IMG/VR virus record: IMGVR_UViG_3300025030_000093
Coordinates: 2,507-66,506 of that record
Length of the DNA: 64,000 nt
DNA from: a virus
Reading direction: 5' to 3' (one strand)
Position numbers and translations under genes: made by a program. The notes beneath the pieces were generated by a model. The model did not search any database. It was given only the letters and a program-made list of their open reading frames with translations, and was not told the DNA's origin. Below, piece after piece: positions 27,900 to 36,956 of this stretch (position 1 is its first letter; every line of letters begins with the position of its first letter).

Positions 27900-28802
27900 T
27901 TACGGTTGCTTCACACTGAATTTAGGTTTAGTACCAGTGGACCCAACATCAGTAGCCTTTGCTTGGGGATTTTTCATCCCTATACGATCCATGAGTATCC
28001 GCGCCCTTTTATTCACAGCATCTTCGATCCCTTTCTCATCAACCTTAGCCGGTCTATCAAAAACAAACCAACCTCTTGCTCCTGCATCATAAAATGGCGA
28101 GCCGGGTATCCACGCGCCATCCTTATCCAGCGAACCAGTCACAACATCTTGCCAGGCCTGATCGTAAATCTTCAACCCAAGTTCCATTTCTTTGGTCCCA
28201 GCATTCCACTTCTGTTCCGCCAATTCGCGTGTAAGTGTCCTACCGTAGTCTGCCATCTTTTCTTGACTTGCTATCTGAGCTTGACTTCTTGTATTCGCAC
28301 CGGCTTCCCCAATCTTGGCTACAGCAAGTTGATTCGTGCCCTGCATACCAGTCTTAGTTAAGTCAATCTGACCTCTGTACTGCTCTATCGCCATATTGCC
28401 TTGCCGCGTTGCTTGCCCCGCCATATCAGTCAAGTCACCGATAATCTTCGCGTGTTTTACTGGATCACCGATTGCACTGCGCATCTCTTCTTGAAGTGAT
28501 TGATAGAATGGATTATCCGCCGGAATACCAAGTTTGTCCATGTGTTTCAGAAAAGTTTGTGGACTCTGCGACACGGTTGCTAAGTTCCGCAAATTATCCC
28601 ATATTTTCACCTCTGCCATAGTTTGCTTCTGCATGGCATACAGTTCATCCTGCCGCTGCCATGTCTGCTTATCTCTGGCGAATCTTGCAGGTTGTTCCAG
28701 CGCGGTCTGTTCCTGTAAGCGGATACGGCCACCGGCCTCAAGCGCGGGGCCAACCACACCGCGAGTATCGAGTGCTCCCGCTACATCATAAATGCTTGGC
28801 AT
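27900..28802 (-). CDS. internal virion/ejection protein
   Basis: Ala/Gln-rich helical; synteny with P22-like ejection module. Confidence 0.65.
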   Translation of the reverse strand: MPSIYDVAGALDTRGVVGPALEAGGRIRLQEQTALEQPARFARDKQTWQRQDELYAMQKQTMAEVKIWDNLRNLATVSQSPQTFLKHMDKLGIPADNPFYQSLQEEMRSAIGDPVKHAKIIGDLTDMAGQATRQGNMAIEQYRGQIDLTKTGMQGTNQLAVAKIGEAGANTRSQAQIASQEKMADYGRTLTRELAEQKWNAGTKEMELGLKIYDQAWQDVVTGSLDKDGAWIPGSPFYDAGARGWFVFDRPAKVDEKGIEDAVNKRARILMDRIGMKNPQAKATDVGSTGTKPKFSVKQP

Positions 28803-28803
28803 A

Positions 28804-29478
28804 TTAGGACCCCGTTGCAGATTGTAGAATATTAGAAACGCCTGAATCTTGACCTTGGCCGCCTTGTTTTCTCAGAAAATCCAAATATTGCTCAGTTTGG
28901 TAATCCCTTAGTCCGCCGGTAAGACTGTTGGCGATACCGACGTAGCCGCTGGCCCGCGCTTGGCCGATGCTAGTCGTATAATCAGCCGAACCTGTCGCCC
29001 TGCCGACTTGTAGATTGGCCGCTTGAGTGTCCGCGCTGTAGCCTGTATCCATAAGACGGGCGACATTCCCTAAACGCACCTGATAGCGATTAAAGAAATC
29101 ATTGTATCTGGTCGAAGCCAAGCCTTGCGAAAACTCGGATATGCGTTTCTGAAAAGCACCGCTACCTCTTATGCCGCCTGCACCAGCGGCCCGCTGACGG
29201 GCCTTAAGCCCTTGTTCAAGTTCAAAGTTGTATCCGGCGTCCTCGGTGATCGCTCCCGGTCCTGCGGCAAGCATCTGTTCGTATGTCGTTAAGGCGCGTT
29301 GACCGGCTTCGCGCCACGGAACGATTCCTTCCAACGCTTTGTCATATCCTTCGGTAAGCGTACCTCGCGCCCTTTTTAGTGATTTAGTTTGAGCGTTCGT
29401 GCCAAAGATACTACCGAGAATATTAGTGACGGCGCTGATACCGCTTTTAACGGCCATTACAGCCTGTGGAGCGGGCAT
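28804..29478 (-). CDS. DNA transfer/ejection protein (P22 gp7-like)
   Basis: PW..AG..AL, GY.F...QG..A....A.A.G...SGA..K....F.QGLAS..Y. Confidence 0.8.
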   Translation of the reverse strand: MPAPQAVMAVKSGISAVTNILGSIFGTNAQTKSLKRARGTLTEGYDKALEGIVPWREAGQRALTTYEQMLAAGPGAITEDAGYNFELEQGLKARQRAAGAGGIRGSGAFQKRISEFSQGLASTRYNDFFNRYQVRLGNVARLMDTGYSADTQAANLQVGRATGSADYTTSIGQARASGYVGIANSLTGGLRDYQTEQYLDFLRKQGGQGQDSGVSNILQSATGS

Positions 29479-29558
29479 TGTTTCTTCCTTATCTTAAAGT
29501 TTCGTGTGAACTATTGATTTATATTCTGTCCGAAATCAAAGACCTTTGATTTATCTGC

Positions 29559-30158
29559 TTAAATAAACCAACCGGAAATTACTATTAGTATAATATCGGT
29601 CGGAGCGGGCGCTCCATTTTGAGTACGATATTCAATGATCCTATTAACGTCACATGCGACAATGCCAGTAACATAATTAGCTGAACTGGCTACTGTAGTG
29701 ATCGCATCTGATACATTTATAACATTGGCATTACCGTTTTTTCTATATTGTACGCCACTTAAGGCCGTCGTATGATTAATCGCTGTACGGATAAGAACGG
29801 CTTTTGCGCCTACTGGCACAATCGAACTTAGGTCCATATCATGCCAATTATCATCCAACGTCAGGTCGGCCTTTGCGAAATCATAAGCCGAAGGATCGCC
29901 TCGATCAATAAGACCAAAATTAAAGGTTGTTGGCGTACTATCTGTGGCCTGTATTCTTTTATTGGTATCATCCCAATTAAGTCGCGCCTCCCCAGCGGCG
30001 GGCGTTGTTGATGTCGTAGAATCTATAAGGCCGTCCCATGACAATCCACTTTTAGCCGTACGCCATATCTTATCAAAAAAATTAAGCCAACTCTTAGATA
30101 TTTTCGTACCTTCCAAGACATCCGCCGTATTAGGAGGAGGTGGAATTATAATCGCCAT
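29559..30158 (-). CDS. tail-associated protein
   Basis: PPP...W..FF N-terminus typical downstream of gp10-like genes; C-terminal W.D.DLSSIVP.GAKAV domain. Confidence 0.65.
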   Translation of the reverse strand: MAIIIPPPPNTADVLEGTKISKSWLNFFDKIWRTAKSGLSWDGLIDSTTSTTPAAGEARLNWDDTNKRIQATDSTPTTFNFGLIDRGDPSAYDFAKADLTLDDNWHDMDLSSIVPVGAKAVLIRTAINHTTALSGVQYRKNGNANVINVSDAITTVASSANYVTGIVACDVNRIIEYRTQNGAPAPTDIILIVISGWFI

Positions 30159-32437
30159 CAGTCTATCCCCGCCTCTCCGCGTAAGTAAGCGCCTACGATA
30201 ACATCCTGGATCGGTTCACTGATCGTAGTTTTAAATACCCAATCCCTTGAGGTTCCAAGTTGACGCCAGACGGCGCGTTGCAAATATGTACCAAGTGGAC
30301 CGATTGCCGACCATACTTCCCTACCATAAGTATTGCCGCCGTCACGGGAAATCTGTAACATGGCCTGCGGAGCACTACCTGTCCCGAAAGCGGTTCCGCC
30401 GCCGGTATTCAAGTCAAGCTCGAACTCATGCGCGAATCTGATTCTGTTTTCCTCTTTCGGCCCACGGAAAACACGGACGCGCCGGATTCTGTTGGTATCA
30501 TCGGTATAAACCGTCTGGTCTATTTTGTAGATTTTATTGTTTATATAGTCGCCTACAATATCTTCGCCGTTGAATTGTGCGTAGCAGTTGCCCCTGAACC
30601 TGCCGTCATCTTGAGCGCCGTCAGACACAAAGGACTTCCATTCAACCCAAATGCCCGTAGAGAGATCGTACACGAAGGTCCTGTCCGCCGCCGGGAAATT
30701 GAGAACACACAGCGCATGATTGTTGAACATGAAACCAAAGCCTATGGCATCGGAATATGTAGAAAACTTCTCAATCTCTCTGGCTATATGGTTCGTAGAA
30801 ACAATAGTCGCATCCGAACCCCTCGACATGCGGCTCGTCTTATCGTCCGCCAGCCACATTACGGCGTTGTCGATCAAAATTACCGAGCCAAACGCGCCAA
30901 GCCCAAGTTCTTTCAATGCCAGTGAAGTCCGCTGGAAGATTGGATCACTGCCACTGTCATAAAACTCCTCAATAGAATCACCCTTGAAGGCCCACAATGT
31001 CTGGTAAGCCTCCACCATACGCTGGAGCGGGGAAGTCTTGGCTTCCGCCGTTGTAACATCCAACACATCCCAAGTCAGGCCGTCATTAGGCGAACTGACA
31101 TAGAACTCATGCGAATCGGGATCGTTGCTGATAAAGTATCCGTCTTGCGCGGCTACACTGCCGCCGCCATAGAAAGCATCTTCCGTCTCGCGTATCATGG
31201 TGAAATCGCCGGTCGTTTCATCGTAGATATAGGCCACATGGCTTGTGCCGTCACAGATCATAAGCTGGAGATCACCGGACGCATTGAAATTGTGCGCCAT
31301 CGTCACCGGGCCAGTAGTCGTCCCTAATTTATTACTACTCGTGGTAATAGTTGTCGCCGCATAAGTAGAATCCAGTTGTACCAGGTGTTCACCATGCACG
31401 GCATACAGATAATCACCCATGATATGAAATCCGCGAATTTCATCCTGCGGGATCACCAGTTCCTTCAAAGATACGGTATCCAGCGTAGCGACAAAAGCTC
31501 CACTGCTGTTAAACTCAAAGTCGGTTCCTGAACCACATACTATATCCTGAGAATAAGTGCCGTTAGCATGAATTGCAGTACCGCTTGTTCCTCCTACTGT
31601 CGGAGTAAGGTATCCACCGCTGTAGCCTGAAACCACAAAGGTCAATCGGTAAGTCGCCCCTTCAGTCAACGCCCCGGCCATGTCAGCGGCGGCCTGAGAA
31701 ATCGAATCCGTCTGCCCGGCGAGAATCCGCTTGACCGACATGTTTTGAATCTTGAACTTGGTGGTGGCAATGTTGGTGTTCTGATAAATTCCCAGCGCCA
31801 GCGCAAAAGCGGTAGTTGTGCCTATCGTGACGGCAGTAGTGATAGTTTCCGTGAACGTACCGTTGGCACTGCGGGCCGTGCCTACCATAATAAAGTTGCC
31901 GGGGAACGCCGCATCCGTTCCGCCAAGCTTGAAAATTATATCGGTACCAGCCCCGAATACCGTAGGCGGATTACCAACTGGATCGACAACTTGGAAGTAA
32001 ACCTGATACGGCTCGCTTGCTTTAAGAGCAACCGCCAAGTCCGTATATGCCTGATAAACATAGCCGGAAGTACCGGCCAACCAAGCAAACTCTGCGGTAT
32101 TACTCGCAACGGTAAAGTTTGAGTTATTTGCCGTCCATGTCGCGCCCACGCACTCCGTGCCTAAAGCGGCATTAGCGCAGACAATGTTGTTTGACGAATA
32201 AGCCCACTTGTCGCCCAGCGTCCAACTTGTCGCCGCACCGGTGAAGGCTCCATTCGTCAGTATTTCATCACCCAATTCTTCAGTCGATAGATCGGCCTTC
32301 TCGATCAGTCCCGGACGGGACACAAGCGAGTTAAGTCCGCCAGCACCATCCACTTCCGCAATGTAATTAATACATTCCTGCGGATTGGCTTCTACCGAAG
32401 GACCTTTGTATGCGCCGCCGAAGAATGGGAGTTGCAT
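30158..32437 (-). CDS. P22 gp10-like tail hub/DNA stabilisation protein with inserted carbohydrate-binding-like domains
   Basis: N-terminal GGAY...S......CIN...RPGL; C-terminal ML..S.DGG.TY....W..IG..G.Y..R..WR.LG..R. Confidence 0.85.
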   Translation of the reverse strand: MQLPFFGGAYKGPSVEANPQECINYIAEVDGAGGLNSLVSRPGLIEKADLSTEELGDEILTNGAFTGAATSWTLGDKWAYSSNNIVCANAALGTECVGATWTANNSNFTVASNTAEFAWLAGTSGYVYQAYTDLAVALKASEPYQVYFQVVDPVGNPPTVFGAGTDIIFKLGGTDAAFPGNFIMVGTARSANGTFTETITTAVTIGTTTAFALALGIYQNTNIATTKFKIQNMSVKRILAGQTDSISQAAADMAGALTEGATYRLTFVVSGYSGGYLTPTVGGTSGTAIHANGTYSQDIVCGSGTDFEFNSSGAFVATLDTVSLKELVIPQDEIRGFHIMGDYLYAVHGEHLVQLDSTYAATTITTSSNKLGTTTGPVTMAHNFNASGDLQLMICDGTSHVAYIYDETTGDFTMIRETEDAFYGGGSVAAQDGYFISNDPDSHEFYVSSPNDGLTWDVLDVTTAEAKTSPLQRMVEAYQTLWAFKGDSIEEFYDSGSDPIFQRTSLALKELGLGAFGSVILIDNAVMWLADDKTSRMSRGSDATIVSTNHIAREIEKFSTYSDAIGFGFMFNNHALCVLNFPAADRTFVYDLSTGIWVEWKSFVSDGAQDDGRFRGNCYAQFNGEDIVGDYINNKIYKIDQTVYTDDTNRIRRVRVFRGPKEENRIRFAHEFELDLNTGGGTAFGTGSAPQAMLQISRDGGNTYGREVWSAIGPLGTYLQRAVWRQLGTSRDWVFKTTISEPIQDVIVGAYLRGEAGID

Positions 32438-32441
32438 AACC

Positions 32442-34292
32442 TTAGTTCCTGTTTATAGCCGGTTGCTGGTTTACTGTTGGAAGCGGCCAGTTAAGTATTG
32501 TCGGCTTTGGAAGCCGCGTGTTACTAAAACGAATCGCGTCAAGATATTCCTTGGAACGCAAATAAACAAAAGGCGATACTTCTTTGCCGTAGTCGGGCGT
32601 TAGTTCGACCGCCAAGCCCCAGCGCATTGCCATAATATACGCGCCGGGAAGATTAATCTCCGTGTCAATATCATCCGTTCCGATCTCGACAAACGGGAGC
32701 CAACAGTCGAGAAAGAGTCTGTAGTCTATCGGAGCCAGCGTATCGTAAGGCAGATTAATCACACTGACGTTATCAAGACTGGCCTCGAAATCAGAAGAAG
32801 CATCTAAGTCGAAGTCCGTTCCCGCGCCGCAGGTAATATAAGTCGAATAAGAACCATTCGCGCTGATAGCCGAGCCATTGGCGTTTCCAAGCGCAGGCGT
32901 ACAACTTCCGCCCGTATATCCAGTTACATCATAAGTTACATGGTATGTGTCGCCAGTTACTAAAGCAACGGCCAGATCAGCCGTGAGTTGAGAAGCGGAA
33001 CTACCGACCAACTGACCAGAAATCATAACGGTATCTATTAAGGCTCCGGGGTAATTTAGCGTTCCGATAACGCCGTTAAAGACTATCTGGAGTTTGTCGT
33101 CACTTGATCCAGCTACGATGCTCTGACTTACATCGATGTAATTGGGGCTGCTAACATCCTCTGGCAGAGGGCCTACAATTGTCCCGGCAGTGCCACCTAA
33201 AGACGGGGTACATGTCAAGTTCCCATAGGAGGACAAGTGTCCGATCTTGTATGCCCTGAAAGTAACTGTATATGTATCACCCGGTATCAGATTTAAGTTT
33301 GGCGATTTCGCCGTAAACGTAGAATTACCGGCATCATGCCTAAGAGTACCACCGTAAAGGCCTGACCAGTAAAAAGCCCCCGGTACATCACTTGTCCAAC
33401 TTTCGTTTGTCGTGGTAAAAGCGTAAGACGGCAGAACGCTGGCGATGTGGGTTAATACACCACCGGAAATTGACCAATCATTGCCCAGCGTCCATCCGGT
33501 ACTCGAATCAAACGCGCCGTTAGTGATATGCTCCAATTCGGTATTGACTGTCAGCGCAATACCCGTACTCGGAACAGGATGGACATAGACCTCGCTTGAC
33601 GGATAACTCTGACGATAATAGAACTTGGTCGATACACCAGCCTCATCCTTGTCGCGTATCTCCGTATAGCGGTCGTGCGTTACCGGAAACAGCGGCGAAT
33701 CGTTGCCACTGGAGTCCCTGATAAAAGAGTCCACTATCTGTATCGGTCTGCGACAACTCAATATCCAATCCGTACCGACAACTATACTGCCGGTAGCCGC
33801 GCCGGATATCGCTACCTGCGTAACCGTTTTGAATTGCTTATAACCCCGTACCGTAGTAGTATTCGGCCCGGTTATCGCTTCACTCGTTGCATCGCCGTAG
33901 GCGTTCGTGCCTGTAATGGTGAAGGTCCGGGCCGAATCATTAGCCGTAGAGGTAATAATAATATGCCTCGGTACATCCAGAGTAGCCACTCCGCTTGTCG
34001 CCAAGGCTCCGTTGATCGTCAGATCGCCCGCACCGCTGGGAGTCTGAGTCAGGCATATTCCGTTCGCGTCGAGTTCCGCCCCGTTGTTGATCGTATAATT
34101 AGGGACGCCCGCAAACAGATCAAGTTCCGTCTGCGTAATATCGAAGGGCATAAGTTCTTCGGCGCTCCACAGGGCAAGCATATCGTTCAATATCTCGCGT
34201 GCGTTCTCGAACATATCTCCGGTCGGAGCCTCGCCCGTCTTGATTGCGCCGATAATCCGCAAGGCGCTCAAGATGACTTGTCTGGCGGTCAT
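32442..34292 (-). CDS. P22 gp4-like head-tail adaptor paralog 3 with inserted domains
   Basis: TARQVI.SALR.IG...GE.P......LN.ML..W; LP..Y..A.RW.LA.EL.P.YG. Confidence 0.8.
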   Translation of the reverse strand: MTARQVILSALRIIGAIKTGEAPTGDMFENAREILNDMLALWSAEELMPFDITQTELDLFAGVPNYTINNGAELDANGICLTQTPSGAGDLTINGALATSGVATLDVPRHIIITSTANDSARTFTITGTNAYGDATSEAITGPNTTTVRGYKQFKTVTQVAISGAATGSIVVGTDWILSCRRPIQIVDSFIRDSSGNDSPLFPVTHDRYTEIRDKDEAGVSTKFYYRQSYPSSEVYVHPVPSTGIALTVNTELEHITNGAFDSSTGWTLGNDWSISGGVLTHIASVLPSYAFTTTNESWTSDVPGAFYWSGLYGGTLRHDAGNSTFTAKSPNLNLIPGDTYTVTFRAYKIGHLSSYGNLTCTPSLGGTAGTIVGPLPEDVSSPNYIDVSQSIVAGSSDDKLQIVFNGVIGTLNYPGALIDTVMISGQLVGSSASQLTADLAVALVTGDTYHVTYDVTGYTGGSCTPALGNANGSAISANGSYSTYITCGAGTDFDLDASSDFEASLDNVSVINLPYDTLAPIDYRLFLDCWLPFVEIGTDDIDTEINLPGAYIMAMRWGLAVELTPDYGKEVSPFVYLRSKEYLDAIRFSNTRLPKPTILNWPLPTVNQQPAINRN

Positions 34293-34301
34293 TGTCCGGC
34301 C

Positions 34302-35363
34302 TTAACTTTTATTGATTCCCGGTTGCCCCATTACAGTAGAGACGGGTGTAGTCAACATCGTCGGTTTCGGCAGGCGCGTGTTGACCATCTTTACCGCTTC
34401 CTTGGTTTCCATCGCCCGCTGAATGACCGTCTTATTCAGTTCGGCGTCTTTGCCGTACTCCGGTGCAAGCTCCGCCGCCAAGTTCCATCTCATCGGCAAC
34501 ATATATGCCTGCGGAAGATTGATGTCCGTGTCGATAGTCGCGGAAGTGATCGTCTTAAACGGTTGCCACATATCAAAATACAACGTCATTCCGCTAGCCG
34601 ATGGAATCTTGTAAAGGAAAATTTCGCCGGTCGGATAGGTCCGGTCGTAATACAGCGAAGTGATTTCTGTAGCAACGGTGGTCGTGGCATCCTTATCCGT
34701 CCATGTATTATAACGTTCCCGCGTAGCCGGATAACAAGGATAGTCATCGAAAGAAGCATTGCGCACAAAGGCCGAAACAATCATAATCGGCCTGCGGGTA
34801 TTGATAATATCATCCGCGCCTACCTCAGCATTGCCGCTTGTGGCGGCACTGGAAGCTACCTGCGTTACCGTCTTAAACGCTTTTCTGCCGTAAGTTGTAA
34901 CTGTGCTCGCGCCCATGTAAATGATTTCACTAACAGAGTCGCCATGAGTATTGGTTCCGGTAACAGTCATATAGACTGCGGTGTTGGCCCCGTTGCTGTA
35001 AAGAATTACATGGCGCGGCACATCCATCGTGGCAACTCCCTCAGATACCGTAACCGAACCGCTGCCAACGCCGTTAATCGTCAGGTTGGTTGCGCTGCCT
35101 ACGGGTTGAGAAACGCAGATACCGTCCCGGTCGGCGGCATTAGCACTCTCTCCGATGGTATAGTTGGTCTTATTGGCGGTTAAGGCGACATTATGCTCCA
35201 CATAATCAAATGGCAGAAGTTCCTCAATGCTCCATGAATCCAGCATGAGATTCAACAGTTCCAGTGCATCGTTGTGTTGGTCGCTCGAAGGCGTACCATC
35301 CACACCCAAAGCATTGATAGCCCTTAGAGATGACCTGATTAAATTACGCGGCGTCATGGCCAT
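34302..35363 (-). CDS. P22 gp4-like head-tail adaptor paralog 2 with inserted domain
   Basis: Same N- and C-terminal motifs (LN.MLDSW; LAAELAPEYG). Confidence 0.8.
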   Translation of the reverse strand: MAMTPRNLIRSSLRAINALGVDGTPSSDQHNDALELLNLMLDSWSIEELLPFDYVEHNVALTANKTNYTIGESANAADRDGICVSQPVGSATNLTINGVGSGSVTVSEGVATMDVPRHVILYSNGANTAVYMTVTGTNTHGDSVSEIIYMGASTVTTYGRKAFKTVTQVASSAATSGNAEVGADDIINTRRPIMIVSAFVRNASFDDYPCYPATRERYNTWTDKDATTTVATEITSLYYDRTYPTGEIFLYKIPSASGMTLYFDMWQPFKTITSATIDTDINLPQAYMLPMRWNLAAELAPEYGKDAELNKTVIQRAMETKEAVKMVNTRLPKPTMLTTPVSTVMGQPGINKS

Positions 35364-36323
35364 TTAACGTACTCCTTCCAGCCCGAAGGCGGAAATGAAT
35401 TGAATTGGCGCGGCTGCTGTATCGTAGCCGAACAGTTTGTCTCTATATTCTCTCGCTTTTTCCTGAACGACAAGGTATTGTCGCGGGTCTATTTTCGTCA
35501 TGTATTGCGGCCCCATGTAATCGGCCAGTCCGTAACGCAGGGCGTTAAACCATTCCTGCGGGAAGGGCGGACTGTCCGTACCGGCGGTGAACACTTCGAT
35601 AGGCTGCATGACCGTGAATTTCAGGCGGTATTCCACGTCGCTCGGCGGTTGCCAGACATACAGTTTGCCGTTGGTCAACTGCGGATCGTAGTAAACGAAG
35701 TTCGGTGTACCTTCATCGGTTTTGTCGTTCACCGCGAAATATTCATCCCGCCCGCGAATCTCGATCTGTAATTCCGTATCGTCATCCTGCACAAACCGCA
35801 CACTTTCGAGATAGAGCGGACGGGATACTTTAGTGGTGTAGGTGAATACGAAAGCGCCATCGTTCACGGCGTCAGTTAATACATCAGCCAAGGTAACGGT
35901 TGTTCCAGCCGGTGAACCGCTTACGGTCGTGAATTGGAAATCACCGGAATCCAATTCAACGCCGATATAATCACTGGCCGTAATGCCGGTTGCGGAAGTG
36001 ACAACGATTGTAGCCGAACCACTGGCAACGTCACCATTTACGGTAGTCTCATCGGCTGACAGCGTACAATGATCGCCGGTCGGCCCGATATTATAAGAGG
36101 CCGTGCCCTTCTGCATATACAAAGTAGCATCAGCCTTGAGCCATAATCCAACGCCGTCCGCCTGCCAGTCCATTATCATATCATTCAGATCATCGGCGGC
36201 ATTGACAATCATTTCCGGGTGCGGAACCGTCCCGCCCGCGTCAATCAATCCAAGCAGCCGGTAAGCACCCTTGATAATATCATCCCTCGTCCGCGTTACC
36301 GTCCGAGTTCCACTGGTCGCCAC
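35364..36323 (-). CDS. P22 gp4-like head-tail adaptor paralog 1
   Basis: MATSGT...RD.II..A.R..G; LN.M...WQADG..LW; FPQEW..AL.YGLA. Confidence 0.8.
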   Translation of the reverse strand: MATSGTRTVTRTRDDIIKGAYRLLGLIDAGGTVPHPEMIVNAADDLNDMIMDWQADGVGLWLKADATLYMQKGTASYNIGPTGDHCTLSADETTVNGDVASGSATIVVTSATGITASDYIGVELDSGDFQFTTVSGSPAGTTVTLADVLTDAVNDGAFVFTYTTKVSRPLYLESVRFVQDDDTELQIEIRGRDEYFAVNDKTDEGTPNFVYYDPQLTNGKLYVWQPPSDVEYRLKFTVMQPIEVFTAGTDSPPFPQEWFNALRYGLADYMGPQYMTKIDPRQYLVVQEKAREYRDKLFGYDTAAAPIQFISAFGLEGVR

Positions 36324-36440
36324 GCTTGGTTAGCTCCTTGATAGACTTTTTAATTTCATCGTTAAGCTGGTGCATCTGTTGCACCAAATTGTCTGCTTTT
36401 TCATGCGCTGTTTGCTTTTCTTTTTCGTTCACTCAAGCGA

Positions 36441-36605
36441 TTACCTCGCCGTCTTTTTGCGTTTCTTTTTCTTGTAGGTACGAAACATTCCGTATGCGCG
36501 TCCGACCGCCGCCGCTTGACTAAGATCGGGATGTTCCTGTTTGATGATCGGGATAGCCCGGCTGACATAATCCTTGATACTTTCGCCCTTCTTTGGATAA
36601 GGCAT
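36441..36605 (-). CDS. small basic protein (MPYPKKGES...)
   Basis: 54-aa ORF with purine-rich RBS; K-rich tail. Confidence 0.6.
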   Translation of the reverse strand: MPYPKKGESIKDYVSRAIPIIKQEHPDLSQAAAVGRAYGMFRTYKKKKRKKTAR

Positions 36606-36614
36606 AGCCCTTCC

Positions 36615-36902
36615 TTAAAAGCCCTTTGGATAGTCACTACCACTGACGGCTGTATCGGTGTTGTCATCAAAATGAAACGTATCCGCTGGCTCAATGCGCG
36701 TTTCCCTTGGCCTGCTGATGTCAGCGCGGCCCGTTACATCCAACTGCGGATGTCGCGGGTCCCAACAATGTTCACATACTAACAAAGAAGGCAAATGTCC
36801 GTCATGCCGAAGTTCGTACAAATAGAACTTGAGTCCACAGCGGTCGCAAATCGCTAACGATGTGCCTGACACATACGGAAACTTTGAGCGCGAAATGGAC
36901 AT
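36615..36902 (-). CDS. zinc-binding head-module protein
   Basis: AICDRCG....L......LVC..CWD..HPQL, typical of this podovirus group. Confidence 0.75.
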   Translation of the reverse strand: MSISRSKFPYVSGTSLAICDRCGLKFYLYELRHDGHLPSLLVCEHCWDPRHPQLDVTGRADISRPRETRIEPADTFHFDDNTDTAVSGSDYPKGF

Positions 36903-36916
36903 ACTGTTCCTTGAAT

Positions 36917-36945
36917 AAAAAAGTAGGGAGCCGAAGCTCCCATAC
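36917..36945 (-). terminator. intrinsic terminator
   Basis: GTATGGGAGC-TTCG-GCTCCCTAC followed by TTTTTT on minus strand. Confidence 0.8.
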
Positions 36946-36956
36946 CTTAAAATCCG

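Noticed and set aside
33675-35183. 502-aa plus-strand ORF
   Set aside because: Antisense shadow of two in-frame structural genes; Arg-rich, no recognisable motif.
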